Source of the DNA: Bdellovibrio sp.
GTDB taxonomy: Bacteria > Bdellovibrionota > Bdellovibrionia > Bdellovibrionales > Bdellovibrionaceae
DNA length: 64,000 bases
NCBI GenBank assembly: GCA_036677065.1
Contig: JAKFBS010000003.1
Span: 32,001-96,000 of the forward strand
Reading direction: 5' to 3'
Part shown: positions 28,072-37,379 of the stretch, one piece after another
Position numbering within the stretch: the first letter of the stretch is position 1
Layout of the letters: each line of letters begins with the position of its first letter
Position numbers and translations under genes: made by a program
Notes under the pieces: generated by a model
Told to the model about the DNA's origin: nothing
What the model saw: the letters and a program-made list of their open reading frames with translations, nothing else
The model's database searches: none

Positions 28072-28521
28072 ATGAAGTATAAATTTCCGATGCAAAAAGT
28101 TTTAGATCATCGCCATATCAAGATGGATTTGGCGCGCAAAGATTATCTGGAAGCTCAGGCATTTTTAGTTGAAGAACAAAATAAATTACAAGAAATGTCA
28201 GATATCAAAACCCGCAGTCTAGCGCAAAGAGCAAGCCTAGTGGGCAGTTCAAGCGGGTGGCAAGAGCAGGTTAATCAGATTAACGGTTTTCTTATTGGCC
28301 AAGACCTCCGCATAGCTAATCAGAACGAACGTCTGTTAAAAATCGAAAAAGTAGTCGAGTCCAGACGCGAAATTTTGAAAGATGCGCTAATTGAGGTTAA
28401 GATAATGGAAAGGCTTAAAGAGAAAAAGAAAGCCGATTTCTTACAAGATGTAAGAGATAAAGAAGCTAAAGAGTTAGATGAAATTTCATCAACTCGTTTT
28501 GTTAGGACGACAAAAGCATGA
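28072..28521 (+). CDS. fliJ: Flagellar export protein FliJ
   Basis: YKFPMQKVL, coiled coil, KELDE; follows fliI. Confidence 0.88.
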   Translation: MKYKFPMQKVLDHRHIKMDLARKDYLEAQAFLVEEQNKLQEMSDIKTRSLAQRASLVGSSSGWQEQVNQINGFLIGQDLRIANQNERLLKIEKVVESRREILKDALIEVKIMERLKEKKKADFLQDVRDKEAKELDEISSTRFVRTTKA

Positions 28522-29321
28522 AACGAAATGGTTACGATCAATTTTTCAAAGAAGCAAAAAAAAATGCGCAAACACAAGCGCCAGCTAAAACTATTTCTAT
28601 GCCGAAGCTTCGTGAAAATATGCAAACGAAAAAAAATAAAAAGCCTGTGCGTAAGTTTCCGATCGTGCAATTTGCTGTTTTTATCTTTTGCGGATTAGGT
28701 TTGTTTTTAGCGATCGAAAATTTTGATCAAATTGAATCAACATTGCAAAAAATTGAAATTGGCTTAGGCGTAGCACAAGCTGAAACAATTCCAGCAGCAA
28801 CAGCAGCTCCTGCTGTGCCGGTCGTCGCGGCAGCTGTAGCACCGGCTTCAGGTACGATCCGTGCCGAAGTTGAAGATGATTCAGATTACATTTATAAATT
28901 AACTGAGCGTAAACGTGTATTAGACGCCCGTGAAGAAGAATTAAATAAAAAAGCTGCAGAAATCGAAGCGCAAAAAGTGGCTATCGAGAAAAAATTATCT
29001 GAGCTTGAAGAGTACCGCACTAAAATTTCATCTATGTTACAAGATCGTATTAAATCAGATGACGGTAAAGTTGAAACATTGGTTCAGGTTTATACAAACA
29101 TGAAGCCAAACCAAGCCGCAAAAATCTTTGAAACGATGGATGAAGATTTAGTGATCGATATTTTAAGCCGCATGAAAAAGAAAAGTGCAGCTGAGATTCT
29201 TAATTTAATTAAAACAGAAAAAGCTCAGGCTTTTGCAGAAAAATATGCCGGCTACAGGTTGCCTACAAGCTTACCTAAGGCCGACAAAGAAGCTGCAGCG
29301 TCAGAGGAAGTTAAACCTTAA
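28518..29321 (+). CDS. MotE/FlbB(YlxF)-like flagellar protein
   Basis: Transmembrane segment, coiled coil, YTNMKPNQAAKIFETMD...ILSRMK..AAEIL; sits between fliJ and fliK. Confidence 0.8.
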   Translation: MKRNGYDQFFKEAKKNAQTQAPAKTISMPKLRENMQTKKNKKPVRKFPIVQFAVFIFCGLGLFLAIENFDQIESTLQKIEIGLGVAQAETIPAATAAPAVPVVAAAVAPASGTIRAEVEDDSDYIYKLTERKRVLDAREEELNKKAAEIEAQKVAIEKKLSELEEYRTKISSMLQDRIKSDDGKVETLVQVYTNMKPNQAAKIFETMDEDLVIDILSRMKKKSAAEILNLIKTEKAQAFAEKYAGYRLPTSLPKADKEAAASEEVKP

Positions 29322-29338
29322 CTAGCAAAGGAGAAAAG

Positions 29339-30958
29339 TTGATAAAAGACTTGATACGTGTCGGCCCCCCACAGGGAACGATAGACGATCTTGATCTGAA
29401 AGTTCCAAAAGAGTTCGATAAAAACATCCGCAAGGATTTTGAAAAAGAACTCAAAGCTGCAGGCAAAGATAAAGAAAAAGATCAGCCGAAAGCAGAAAAG
29501 CAGAACGATCAGAGAAAAGATTCTGATCAGGTTTCGAAGAAGTCATCTGGGGGAACTAAAAAGAAGATGGCTCGCGCAAAGGGTGATGAATCCGATGCAG
29601 AAAAACCTGAAACGGGTATTAAAGCAGAAGGCGTAATTCAGCCACAAGCGATTGAACAAAAGATTTCAAATGTCATGGTCTCAGAAGAGGGTGAAGTTGA
29701 AATCGCAGATTCCGAAAAAAATCTGCAACAAATCGCAACTGATTTACCAATTGCTAATATCCAAAATATTCAAACACAAGTTTTAGCAGCAGTGCCAGCC
29801 GTTGATGGCGAAGCCATGCCTGCTGAAACACAAGCGCAGGTTACACCTGGAGCCATTCAAGCTGCCCCAGAATTTCAGTATATGACTAGTGCTGAAAAAG
29901 CTGTATTAGCCGAAATGAATGGCGAAGGACAACCTGAGGCCATCGATCAACAATTATTAAAAGCTCCAACTGGCGAGAGTAAAGCGCAACAGCCACAAAT
30001 GATTCAGTCTCAGCCGACCGCACCGATGCAGGATGCAAACGTTGAATCAAAAGATGCTGAAGCCGCACCAACTCTTGAAAGTAAGGTCTATGACATTCTT
30101 AGTAAAGAAGTCGCAAAACCGATGGATCAAAAACTTTTGCAGCAGGATGCTTCTCAAGTGAAAGATCAATCACAAACACTGAATCAAACCAGTGCGGTGT
30201 TAGCGAAATCAAATGCCGAGAATGAAAATCAAGGCCAACAAGGAGAAAAGCAAAATTCATCGGGTGATAGCGGACAACAAGCGTCTTTGCCAAAGTTTGA
30301 TGGTTCAAACGATTTAGCAGCGCAAGTGTCAGCACTTCATACCGGCCAACGCAGTTTTCAGTCACACTTAGGAGCCGCAGCCGGTGCAGCAGGAGCTGCT
30401 ACAGCCGCTAAGCCAGGTGCAGAGACTGATGCCATGAAAGACTCTAATGTTCGCGAAGTGATGAACCAAGCGAAGTATTTAGTGACTGCAGGTGGCGGTG
30501 AGATGACGGTGAAGATGACTCCAGAAGGCATGGGCGAAGTTAATCTTAAAGTGATGCTGGATAACGGCAAAATTAACATTGAGATGAACGCTCAGGATAA
30601 AAATGTAAAAAAGATGTTAGAAGAAAGCCTTTCTGATCTAAAGTCTAGTCTAGCCTCTCACCAAATGCGCGTAGAACATGTTAAGATTAACAATGTGGTC
30701 GCGGTAGACACCCAAAACCAGGCTCAGTTTCAGTCTGATGCAAACTCATCGAATTCGAGTTTTCAAAACAGACAACAGCAAGAAATGAATATGCAAAACT
30801 TTGCAAATTCAAATTCTGGCCGTCAAAGAGAGCACGGATCAGCGTCTTACCAAACATCACAACAACAATCGGTGCAAACGCCGATCACTAAATCTGCCCA
30901 AGGCCGCGCAGCATATGTTGCCGCCAACAAGGGATCTAGTGTTAACGTGGTCGCGTAG
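29339..30958 (+). CDS. fliK: Flagellar hook-length control protein FliK
   Basis: Long disordered Q/A/E-rich N-terminus; C-terminal MTVKMTPEGMGEVNLKV...L..LKSSL domain. Confidence 0.85.
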   Translation: MIKDLIRVGPPQGTIDDLDLKVPKEFDKNIRKDFEKELKAAGKDKEKDQPKAEKQNDQRKDSDQVSKKSSGGTKKKMARAKGDESDAEKPETGIKAEGVIQPQAIEQKISNVMVSEEGEVEIADSEKNLQQIATDLPIANIQNIQTQVLAAVPAVDGEAMPAETQAQVTPGAIQAAPEFQYMTSAEKAVLAEMNGEGQPEAIDQQLLKAPTGESKAQQPQMIQSQPTAPMQDANVESKDAEAAPTLESKVYDILSKEVAKPMDQKLLQQDASQVKDQSQTLNQTSAVLAKSNAENENQGQQGEKQNSSGDSGQQASLPKFDGSNDLAAQVSALHTGQRSFQSHLGAAAGAAGAATAAKPGAETDAMKDSNVREVMNQAKYLVTAGGGEMTVKMTPEGMGEVNLKVMLDNGKINIEMNAQDKNVKKMLEESLSDLKSSLASHQMRVEHVKINNVVAVDTQNQAQFQSDANSSNSSFQNRQQQEMNMQNFANSNSGRQREHGSASYQTSQQQSVQTPITKSAQGRAAYVAANKGSSVNVVA

Positions 30959-30969
30959 GAGAGATAAAC

Positions 30970-32016
30970 ATGGATGTTAAAGCAAGTACAAAAACATGGA
31001 GAGATCCGCAGTTAGCAGAACCTGATTTAAAAGCTCAGGGTAATAACCGTGCGATGTCGCAGCAAGAAAAAGACGCATTAGGCACTGATAATATCGGTGA
31101 AGCGTTAAATAAAATTGCTGATCCTAATTATGTTGATCCTTCGAAAAAGACTCGTGGCGTGGGTAATACCAACATGGATAAAGATGCATTTTTTAAGTTG
31201 ATGATTACGCAGCTTAAACATCAAGATCCATCAAACCCATTAAAGAATCATGAAATGGCCGCGCAGTTAGCGCAGTTTTCTGGTTTAGAGCAAATGACGA
31301 ATATCAATTCGACGTTACAAGAAATGAAGCAGGCCAGTAAACCTGTTGAACAGTTTCAGGCGTTGAATTTAATCGGCAAAGAAGTTTCAGGAGACAGTGC
31401 AAAGATCACGCGCACAGATTTTGATAAAGATCACGAAGTAAAATTTTCTCTTCCGCAAGAAGCCAAAGAAACTAATGTTTCTATTGTGAATGCGAAGGGT
31501 GATGTAATTCGCAAAATGAAATTTCCGCAGCTAAAAGAAGGTGAAAATAAATTTTCTTGGAATGGCGAAGATGACAAAGGCAACAAAGCAAAAGCCGGCG
31601 ATTATAAAATTAGATTAGAAGCTACAGGTGGCGCAGGTCAGAAGTTAAATATCAAAACTGACTTCACCGGGGTAGTGACTGGTATGAGTTTTTCACAAGA
31701 AGGACCTATACTTCAGGTGGGAAAACAGAATGTTCGTCTTAAGGACATTCGTCAGTTCTCGGACCCAAGTCTTAAGAACAATGACCAGAAATTAAGCGAT
31801 GTTACAAACCTCGACTTGAATAAAGGTGATGCGTCGAAGCAAACTAAAGTTACAGCAGAGACGAAAACTCCAGAGCAACTAAAGGCAATGGAATCTTCGC
31901 CGATGGAAATGTGGGAAAGCCTTTCGGCAGCGAAAGAACTTTTTAACCAACATCAATCGGAAGAAGAGAAGGTAGCTACAGCAGCACCTCCTGCGGAAGC
32001 AGCTAAGGAGTTATAG
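30970..32016 (+). CDS. flgD: Flagellar hook capping protein FlgD
   Basis: DAFFKLMITQLKHQDPSNP, AQLAQFS.LEQ, FSWNGED. Confidence 0.93.
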   Translation: MDVKASTKTWRDPQLAEPDLKAQGNNRAMSQQEKDALGTDNIGEALNKIADPNYVDPSKKTRGVGNTNMDKDAFFKLMITQLKHQDPSNPLKNHEMAAQLAQFSGLEQMTNINSTLQEMKQASKPVEQFQALNLIGKEVSGDSAKITRTDFDKDHEVKFSLPQEAKETNVSIVNAKGDVIRKMKFPQLKEGENKFSWNGEDDKGNKAKAGDYKIRLEATGGAGQKLNIKTDFTGVVTGMSFSQEGPILQVGKQNVRLKDIRQFSDPSLKNNDQKLSDVTNLDLNKGDASKQTKVTAETKTPEQLKAMESSPMEMWESLSAAKELFNQHQSEEEKVATAAPPAEAAKEL

Positions 32017-32019
32017 ACG

Positions 32020-32487
32020 ATGGATAAGATGAAACTGGCGAACAGTTTAAGTCGCATAGATAATCTGATTCCGAAGGCGCCTAGCGAGATCAAGAATGAT
32101 AAAAACATTCAGGGTGGAGCAACAGGTACGCAAGAGTCAGGTTCGTTCAAGGAGACGTTAGAAGGCTTGATTGCCAACACTCCAGCACAGGAACCAGCGA
32201 AAGCAGGTCAACTGGCAAAGAGTGAAGCAGCAGGTGGTCTAAAGTTTTCGAATCACGCGATCGAGCGTATGCAATCAAGAGGGATCAGTTATGATCCGGC
32301 AAGATTAGCAAAGCTTGATGAAGCTGTGAAGAAGGCCGCAGCTAAAGGATCAAAAGATACTTTGGTTTTGATGGACGACTCAGCAGCGATCGTGAGTGTT
32401 AAAAATAACACTGTGGTGACAGTGATGGATAAAAACAATTTGAAAGAAAATGTTTTTACCAACATCGACAGCACTATTGTTATCTAG
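32020..32487 (+). CDS. TIGR02530-family flagellar operon protein
   Basis: LKFSNHAIERMQSRGI...KGSKDTLVL...IVSVKNNTVVT...ENVFTNIDS; between flgD and flgE. Confidence 0.88.
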   Translation: MDKMKLANSLSRIDNLIPKAPSEIKNDKNIQGGATGTQESGSFKETLEGLIANTPAQEPAKAGQLAKSEAAGGLKFSNHAIERMQSRGISYDPARLAKLDEAVKKAAAKGSKDTLVLMDDSAAIVSVKNNTVVTVMDKNNLKENVFTNIDSTIVI

Positions 32488-32506
32488 TTTTTAGATAAAG
32501 ATTTTA

Positions 32507-32601
32507 AAGGGCTGGTCCTCCTAGAGGGGGCCCTTCAGAAACAAACTTGCTCGACTAGCAAGTTTGAGAAAACAAACGATCTAAGAAATGATTTCTTAGA
32601 T
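32507..32601 (+). promoter_or_regulatory. Three tandem hairpins in the flgE leader (candidate cis-regulatory RNA)
   Basis: AAGGGC..GCCCTT; CAAACTTGCT-cgact-AGCAAGTTTG; ATCTAAGAAAT-g-ATTTCTTAGAT. Confidence 0.55.
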
Positions 32602-32620
32602 TAAAAACATGGAGGTTATC

Positions 32621-33910
32621 ATGGGAGTTCTATCGTCAATGTGGACTGGTATCACTGGTCTTCAAGCTAACGGCGAAGCAATGGGCGTAACTGCAGACAA
32701 CATTGCAAATTCAAACACAATCGGTTTCAAAGCATCAAGAGCAGAGTTTTCTGATGTGATGTCACGCTCATTAAAGGGTATCGACGGCGGTAACCAAATG
32801 GGTCGCGGTGTTCGTATTCAGTCAATCACTCCTCTTATGTCTCAAGGTAATCTAGATAACACCGATCGTTCAACTGACTTAGCTGTAAATGGTAACGGAT
32901 TTTTTACTTTAAAAGGAACTGAAGGAACAACGTATTCACGTGATGGATCTTTCAAATTCGATAAAGCTGGCTTACTTGTAAATAACTCTGGTCAAAGAGT
33001 TCAGGGTTTCCAAGCTGATGAAAAAGGTAAAATTGAAAATAAAGTAAGCGACATCAAATTCCCGCGTGCATTAGTTAATGCTTCTGCAACGAAAGAATTA
33101 AAACTTGATCTTAACTTAGATTCAAGAAACGTAGCGAACTCGAAAACTTTCGATGCAAAAGATCCATACAAAACTTCTCACTACTCTACAGCGGTTGAGA
33201 TGTTCGATTCTCAGGGTAATAAACATTTATTAAATTTATTCTTTAACAAAGGCGAAGACCGCACATGGTCATTCAAAGGTTTAGTCGACGGTAAAGAAGT
33301 ATCCGATGCTCCAGAAGGGCAAGATTTAGCACAAGTTCTTGAAGGTAAATTACAATTTACTGAAGATGGTAAATTGCAATCTCAAGAAGTTACAAATTCT
33401 GCTTTAAATTTCAAAGGCGGAGCTAAACAAGATCAACAAATCAAACTTAACTTTGGTGATGATTTAGCTTCTGGTGGTAAAGGTATCGACGGAACAAAAC
33501 AGTTCGGTAAAGATTCAGATGTAATTGCTTGGTCACAAGATGGTTACGCTGCAGGTACGGTAACTGGTTTATCATTCAATGATGAAGGTGTATTAACAGC
33601 TTCATACTCGAATGGTCAGGTTTTAGATTTAGCGCAGATCGCACTGGCTAAATTCGAAGCTCCGGAAGCTTTATTCAAAATCGGTGGCAACATGTTCAAA
33701 GAATCTCGCGATTCTGGCGCAGCAGCTGTCGGTGGTCCTCGTATGGCGGGCCGTGGTTCGGTGATGGCGAAATCACTTGAGCGTTCAACGGTGGATCTGG
33801 CGTCTGAGTTCGTAAGCATGATTACGAATCAAAGAGCGTTCCAAGCCAATTCAAAAACAATCACAACGTCAGATGAATTACTGAACGAAGTGATCCAATT
33901 AAAACGATAA
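32621..33910 (+). CDS. flgE: Flagellar hook protein FlgE
   Basis: NIANSNTIGFK, DLAVNGNGFF, LERSTVDLASEF..MI..QRAFQAN; GGAGG RBS at 32611. Confidence 0.96.
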   Translation: MGVLSSMWTGITGLQANGEAMGVTADNIANSNTIGFKASRAEFSDVMSRSLKGIDGGNQMGRGVRIQSITPLMSQGNLDNTDRSTDLAVNGNGFFTLKGTEGTTYSRDGSFKFDKAGLLVNNSGQRVQGFQADEKGKIENKVSDIKFPRALVNASATKELKLDLNLDSRNVANSKTFDAKDPYKTSHYSTAVEMFDSQGNKHLLNLFFNKGEDRTWSFKGLVDGKEVSDAPEGQDLAQVLEGKLQFTEDGKLQSQEVTNSALNFKGGAKQDQQIKLNFGDDLASGGKGIDGTKQFGKDSDVIAWSQDGYAAGTVTGLSFNDEGVLTASYSNGQVLDLAQIALAKFEAPEALFKIGGNMFKESRDSGAAAVGGPRMAGRGSVMAKSLERSTVDLASEFVSMITNQRAFQANSKTITTSDELLNEVIQLKR

Positions 33911-33917
33911 TTTAATT

Positions 33918-33949
33918 AAGATGAGCGGTTGAAAGACCGCTCGTTCTTA
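33918..33949 (+). terminator. Hairpin/terminator after flgE
   Basis: GAGCGGT-tgaaag-ACCGCTC followed by GTTCTT. Confidence 0.6.
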
Positions 33950-34023
33950 GAAATAGAACCAACACTCCATTAAAACGGCGAGCGATTAGTCACGTTCGCT
34001 GTTTTAGCTATTTGTGCAAATGA

Positions 34024-34746
34024 CTATGAAAGATAAGCTTCCTGTACGCGAGAATCTTTTAATAAAGCCTCACCAGTTCCATTCAACGTCATAGTGCCTG
34101 TTTCAAGAACATAGGCGTAATCAGAAACTTCTAAAGCTAAACTTGCATTTTGTTCGACAACTAATAATCCAAGCCCTTGTTTTTTCAACATCACAAATTT
34201 ATCAAAGATCTGCTCAACGATAACCGGTGCTAAACCTAACGAAGGTTCATCTAACATTAAAAATTCAGGTTCGCTCATTAATGCTCTGGCAATAGCTAAC
34301 ATTTGCTGTTCGCCACCCGATAATGTTCCCGACAGCTGGTTACGGCGTTCAGCTAATTTAGGGAATAATTCATATTGTTGTTCAACAAGTTCCAGAATTT
34401 TTTTAGAATCTTTATTAAGGTAAGCCCCTAACATTAAATTATCGCGCACAGATAGATTCGGAAATACACCGCGACCTTCAGGGCATAACGCAAGTTTTGC
34501 TCGTAAACGATCTGCAGGAGTCATTTTCGTAATATCGATATGAATGCTGCCGTTATCTAAGGTAATTTTACCATTTTTTGCCGGCAACAAACCTGCAATA
34601 CATTTTAAGGTCGACGTTTTACCGGCACCGTTTGCGCCGATTAAGGTGGTGATTTGGCTACGTTTAAATTCAAAACTAATTTCTTTAACCGCTTTGATAT
34701 TTCCGTAATTAATAGCTAGATGTTCAATTTTAATTTTAGCAGCCAT
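34024..34746 (-). CDS. livF: Branched-chain amino acid ABC transporter ATPase
   Basis: GANGAGKTS, PEGRGVF, LSGGEQQMLAIARAL, DEPSLGLAP. Confidence 0.93.
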   Translation of the reverse strand: MAAKIKIEHLAINYGNIKAVKEISFEFKRSQITTLIGANGAGKTSTLKCIAGLLPAKNGKITLDNGSIHIDITKMTPADRLRAKLALCPEGRGVFPNLSVRDNLMLGAYLNKDSKKILELVEQQYELFPKLAERRNQLSGTLSGGEQQMLAIARALMSEPEFLMLDEPSLGLAPVIVEQIFDKFVMLKKQGLGLLVVEQNASLALEVSDYAYVLETGTMTLNGTGEALLKDSRVQEAYLS

Positions 34747-35525
34747 TAATGAGACCTTTTTCCTAAGTAGGCTTCAATCACTGAAGGATTAGCTTTAATT
34801 TCGGCAGGAACGCCTTCAGCGATCTTAACACCACGATTTAATACCACGATACGTTCGCAAATTGACATCACAAGCTTCATGTCATGTTCGATTAATAAAA
34901 CAGTTAAGTTGAATTTATCTTTTACGAAGTGAATTAATTTTTTCAAATCATCAGTTTCTTGGTGATTCATGCCTGCTGCAGGTTCATCTAAGATTAACAG
35001 CGTGGGTTTAGTTGCTAATGCGCGCACAATTTCAAGTTTTCGCTGTAAACCGTAGGGAAGATTGCACGATAATTCTTCGGCTAAGTGATCAAGACTGAAG
35101 ATTTTTAAAAGTTCTAAAGAACGGTCTTTTAAGATTTGTTCTTTTTCTATGTAACTTTTGGTGCGAAATAAACTTTCAAACCAGCCGAGTGTTTCAGTCT
35201 GTTGCATCGCCAATAAAACATTTTCTAAAACTGATAATTTACCAAACAGGCGGATATTCTGAAAGGTACGGGCAATGCCGGCTTTATTAACTTTATCCGG
35301 AGAAAATTCGTTAATAACTTCTTCGCGAAGTTTCATGGTTCCCGAATCGGCTCGGTAAAAGCCCGAGATCATATTGAACACTGTTGTTTTGCCGGCGCCA
35401 TTCGGGCCAATGAGGCCTAATAATTCATGTTCATTAATATGAAAACTGACCTGATCAACGGCTTTGATACCGCCGAAGCTTAAGTTTAAATTTTCAACTG
35501 ATAACATCTTAACTGGAGTACTCAT
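34746..35525 (-). CDS. livG: Branched-chain amino acid ABC transporter ATPase
   Basis: GPNGAGKTT, ARTFQNIRLF, LPYG.QR.LEI, DEPAAGMN. Confidence 0.93.
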   Translation of the reverse strand: MSTPVKMLSVENLNLSFGGIKAVDQVSFHINEHELLGLIGPNGAGKTTVFNMISGFYRADSGTMKLREEVINEFSPDKVNKAGIARTFQNIRLFGKLSVLENVLLAMQQTETLGWFESLFRTKSYIEKEQILKDRSLELLKIFSLDHLAEELSCNLPYGLQRKLEIVRALATKPTLLILDEPAAGMNHQETDDLKKLIHFVKDKFNLTVLLIEHDMKLVMSICERIVVLNRGVKIAEGVPAEIKANPSVIEAYLGKRSH

Positions 35526-36454
35526 TAGAATAACTCCTTACGGCCTAATAAGCCCTGTGGTCTAAGGATCATAAGTAGGATCAACAAGATTGGAAATACG
35601 ATCATACGAATATCAATGCCACCAGTAGGCAGCGAACGAAGAATTTCAGGCAGTGCCGTTAAAATTCCGGCAGCTAATACCGAGCCTGACATTGAACCAA
35701 GACCGCCAAGCACAGCAAAAATTAGAATTTGTACAGACATTAAAAAACCAAAAGAGGCCGGGCTGATATAGCCAAGCTGATGACCAAAAAGTGCTCCGCC
35801 AAGGCCAGCAAAAAAGCTTGAAAATAAAAAGGCGTAACGTTTATTTTTAGCAATCGGAGTGCCCATGACTTCGGCCGCAATTTCATCTTCATTGAGTGCC
35901 CAAAGATTTCTGCCGAACCAAGAAATTTTTAAATGATATAAAACTAAGAACGTGATGAATAAGAAAAAACCTGTCATTGCGTAAGAAATTGAAAAATCAG
36001 GCCATTTAACGATCGCATTAAAGCCCCGCGGCCCGCCAACGTAATCCCAGTTTAAGAATAAGACCCGAACGATTTCGGCAAAACCCATAGTGACGATCGC
36101 TAAATAATCGCCGCGAAGTTTAAATGACGGAAGTGCCACTAAATATCCCGCAGCCGTTGCCACAATCGCCCCCGCAAGTGCTGTTACAGGAATAAAGTAC
36201 CATTGATCAGCTAAAAACATTTTGGTTAATACAGCTGAAGTGTAAGCCCCTAAAGCCATGAAGCCGGCGTGGCCTAACGAAAATTGATTGGCAACACCAG
36301 TAATAAAATTCAGTGATAAAGCCATAATCGCATTGATCATGAAACTAATGACTAAGGCCTGAATATACGAATTCAAAGCATATTGGCAAATCACACCAAT
36401 AACTACGAATGAAATTACAAATAAAGCTAATTTATTTTTCGCAATAAAGTTCAT
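35525..36454 (-). CDS. livM: Branched-chain amino acid ABC permease
   Basis: SLGHAGF, LRGDYLAIVT.GFAEI, VLGGLGS. Confidence 0.92.
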   Translation of the reverse strand: MNFIAKNKLALFVISFVVIGVICQYALNSYIQALVISFMINAIMALSLNFITGVANQFSLGHAGFMALGAYTSAVLTKMFLADQWYFIPVTALAGAIVATAAGYLVALPSFKLRGDYLAIVTMGFAEIVRVLFLNWDYVGGPRGFNAIVKWPDFSISYAMTGFFLFITFLVLYHLKISWFGRNLWALNEDEIAAEVMGTPIAKNKRYAFLFSSFFAGLGGALFGHQLGYISPASFGFLMSVQILIFAVLGGLGSMSGSVLAAGILTALPEILRSLPTGGIDIRMIVFPILLILLMILRPQGLLGRKELF

Positions 36455-36456
36455 AA

Positions 36457-37365
36457 CTAGATTTTCTCTTTGGCTTTAGTGCCCATAAGACCTGTTGGCT
36501 TAACTAGTAAAATTAAAATCAGTAACATAAACGATAAAGCTTCTTTGTAAGTCGAAGCGCCGTAACCGATAAGATAATATTCGCCAAGACCTAAAATATA
36601 GCCGCCAAGAACAGCTCCGGGTAATGAACCGATACCGCCGAATACGGCAGCGACGAAAGCGCTGGTTCCAATTTTCACACCCATCATTGGATCAATTTTC
36701 GGGTATTTCATCGCCACAAGAACTGCGGCTACACCGGCTAAAACTGAGCCGACAACAAAAGTAAAAGAAATAATTTTATTAATGTTAATTCCCATTAAAG
36801 GCGCCATATCTGGGCGTGAACTCACGGCTTGCATGGCGCGGCCAGTTTGGGTTTTGCCAATTAAAAAGCTTAACGACACTAATGAGATGATCGTCACCAG
36901 ATAGATAATGATATCTAACAAGCGCACCGAGATATCCATGAAGTTAAAAATCTCGGCATCGACCATTAATTGTGGAAATGATTTTGGATTTACACCAAAT
37001 ACGATTTGTCCGCCGAATTCAAAAAGAATACTTACGCCAATCGCCGTGATTAAAACATTCATCTTAGGTGAATTACGTAAGGGCTTATAGGCAAGCTTTT
37101 CAACTAAAAAGCCCACAAGGCCTGAAAATAACATCGCCGCCAGCAAACCTATTGCGAAAGTAATTGGGCTTGGGCTTTCACCTAATTTTAAAAAGTTAAT
37201 GAAATAAAACGTACCGAAAGCACCCATCATGTAGATATCAGAATGGGCAAAGTTAATCATAGCAAGAATTCCGTACACCATCGTATATCCTAGGGCGATG
37301 AGGGCGTAAACGCTGCCAAAGCTAAGGCCATTTAACGTATGTTGTAGAAATTCCTGCATTATCAA
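36457..37365 (-). CDS. livH: Branched-chain amino acid ABC permease
   Basis: YALIALGYTMVYGI..INFAH, AAVFGGIGS. Confidence 0.92.
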   Translation of the reverse strand: MIMQEFLQHTLNGLSFGSVYALIALGYTMVYGILAMINFAHSDIYMMGAFGTFYFINFLKLGESPSPITFAIGLLAAMLFSGLVGFLVEKLAYKPLRNSPKMNVLITAIGVSILFEFGGQIVFGVNPKSFPQLMVDAEIFNFMDISVRLLDIIIYLVTIISLVSLSFLIGKTQTGRAMQAVSSRPDMAPLMGININKIISFTFVVGSVLAGVAAVLVAMKYPKIDPMMGVKIGTSAFVAAVFGGIGSLPGAVLGGYILGLGEYYLIGYGASTYKEALSFMLLILILLVKPTGLMGTKAKEKI

Positions 37366-37379
37366 CTCCTGTTGAAAGA

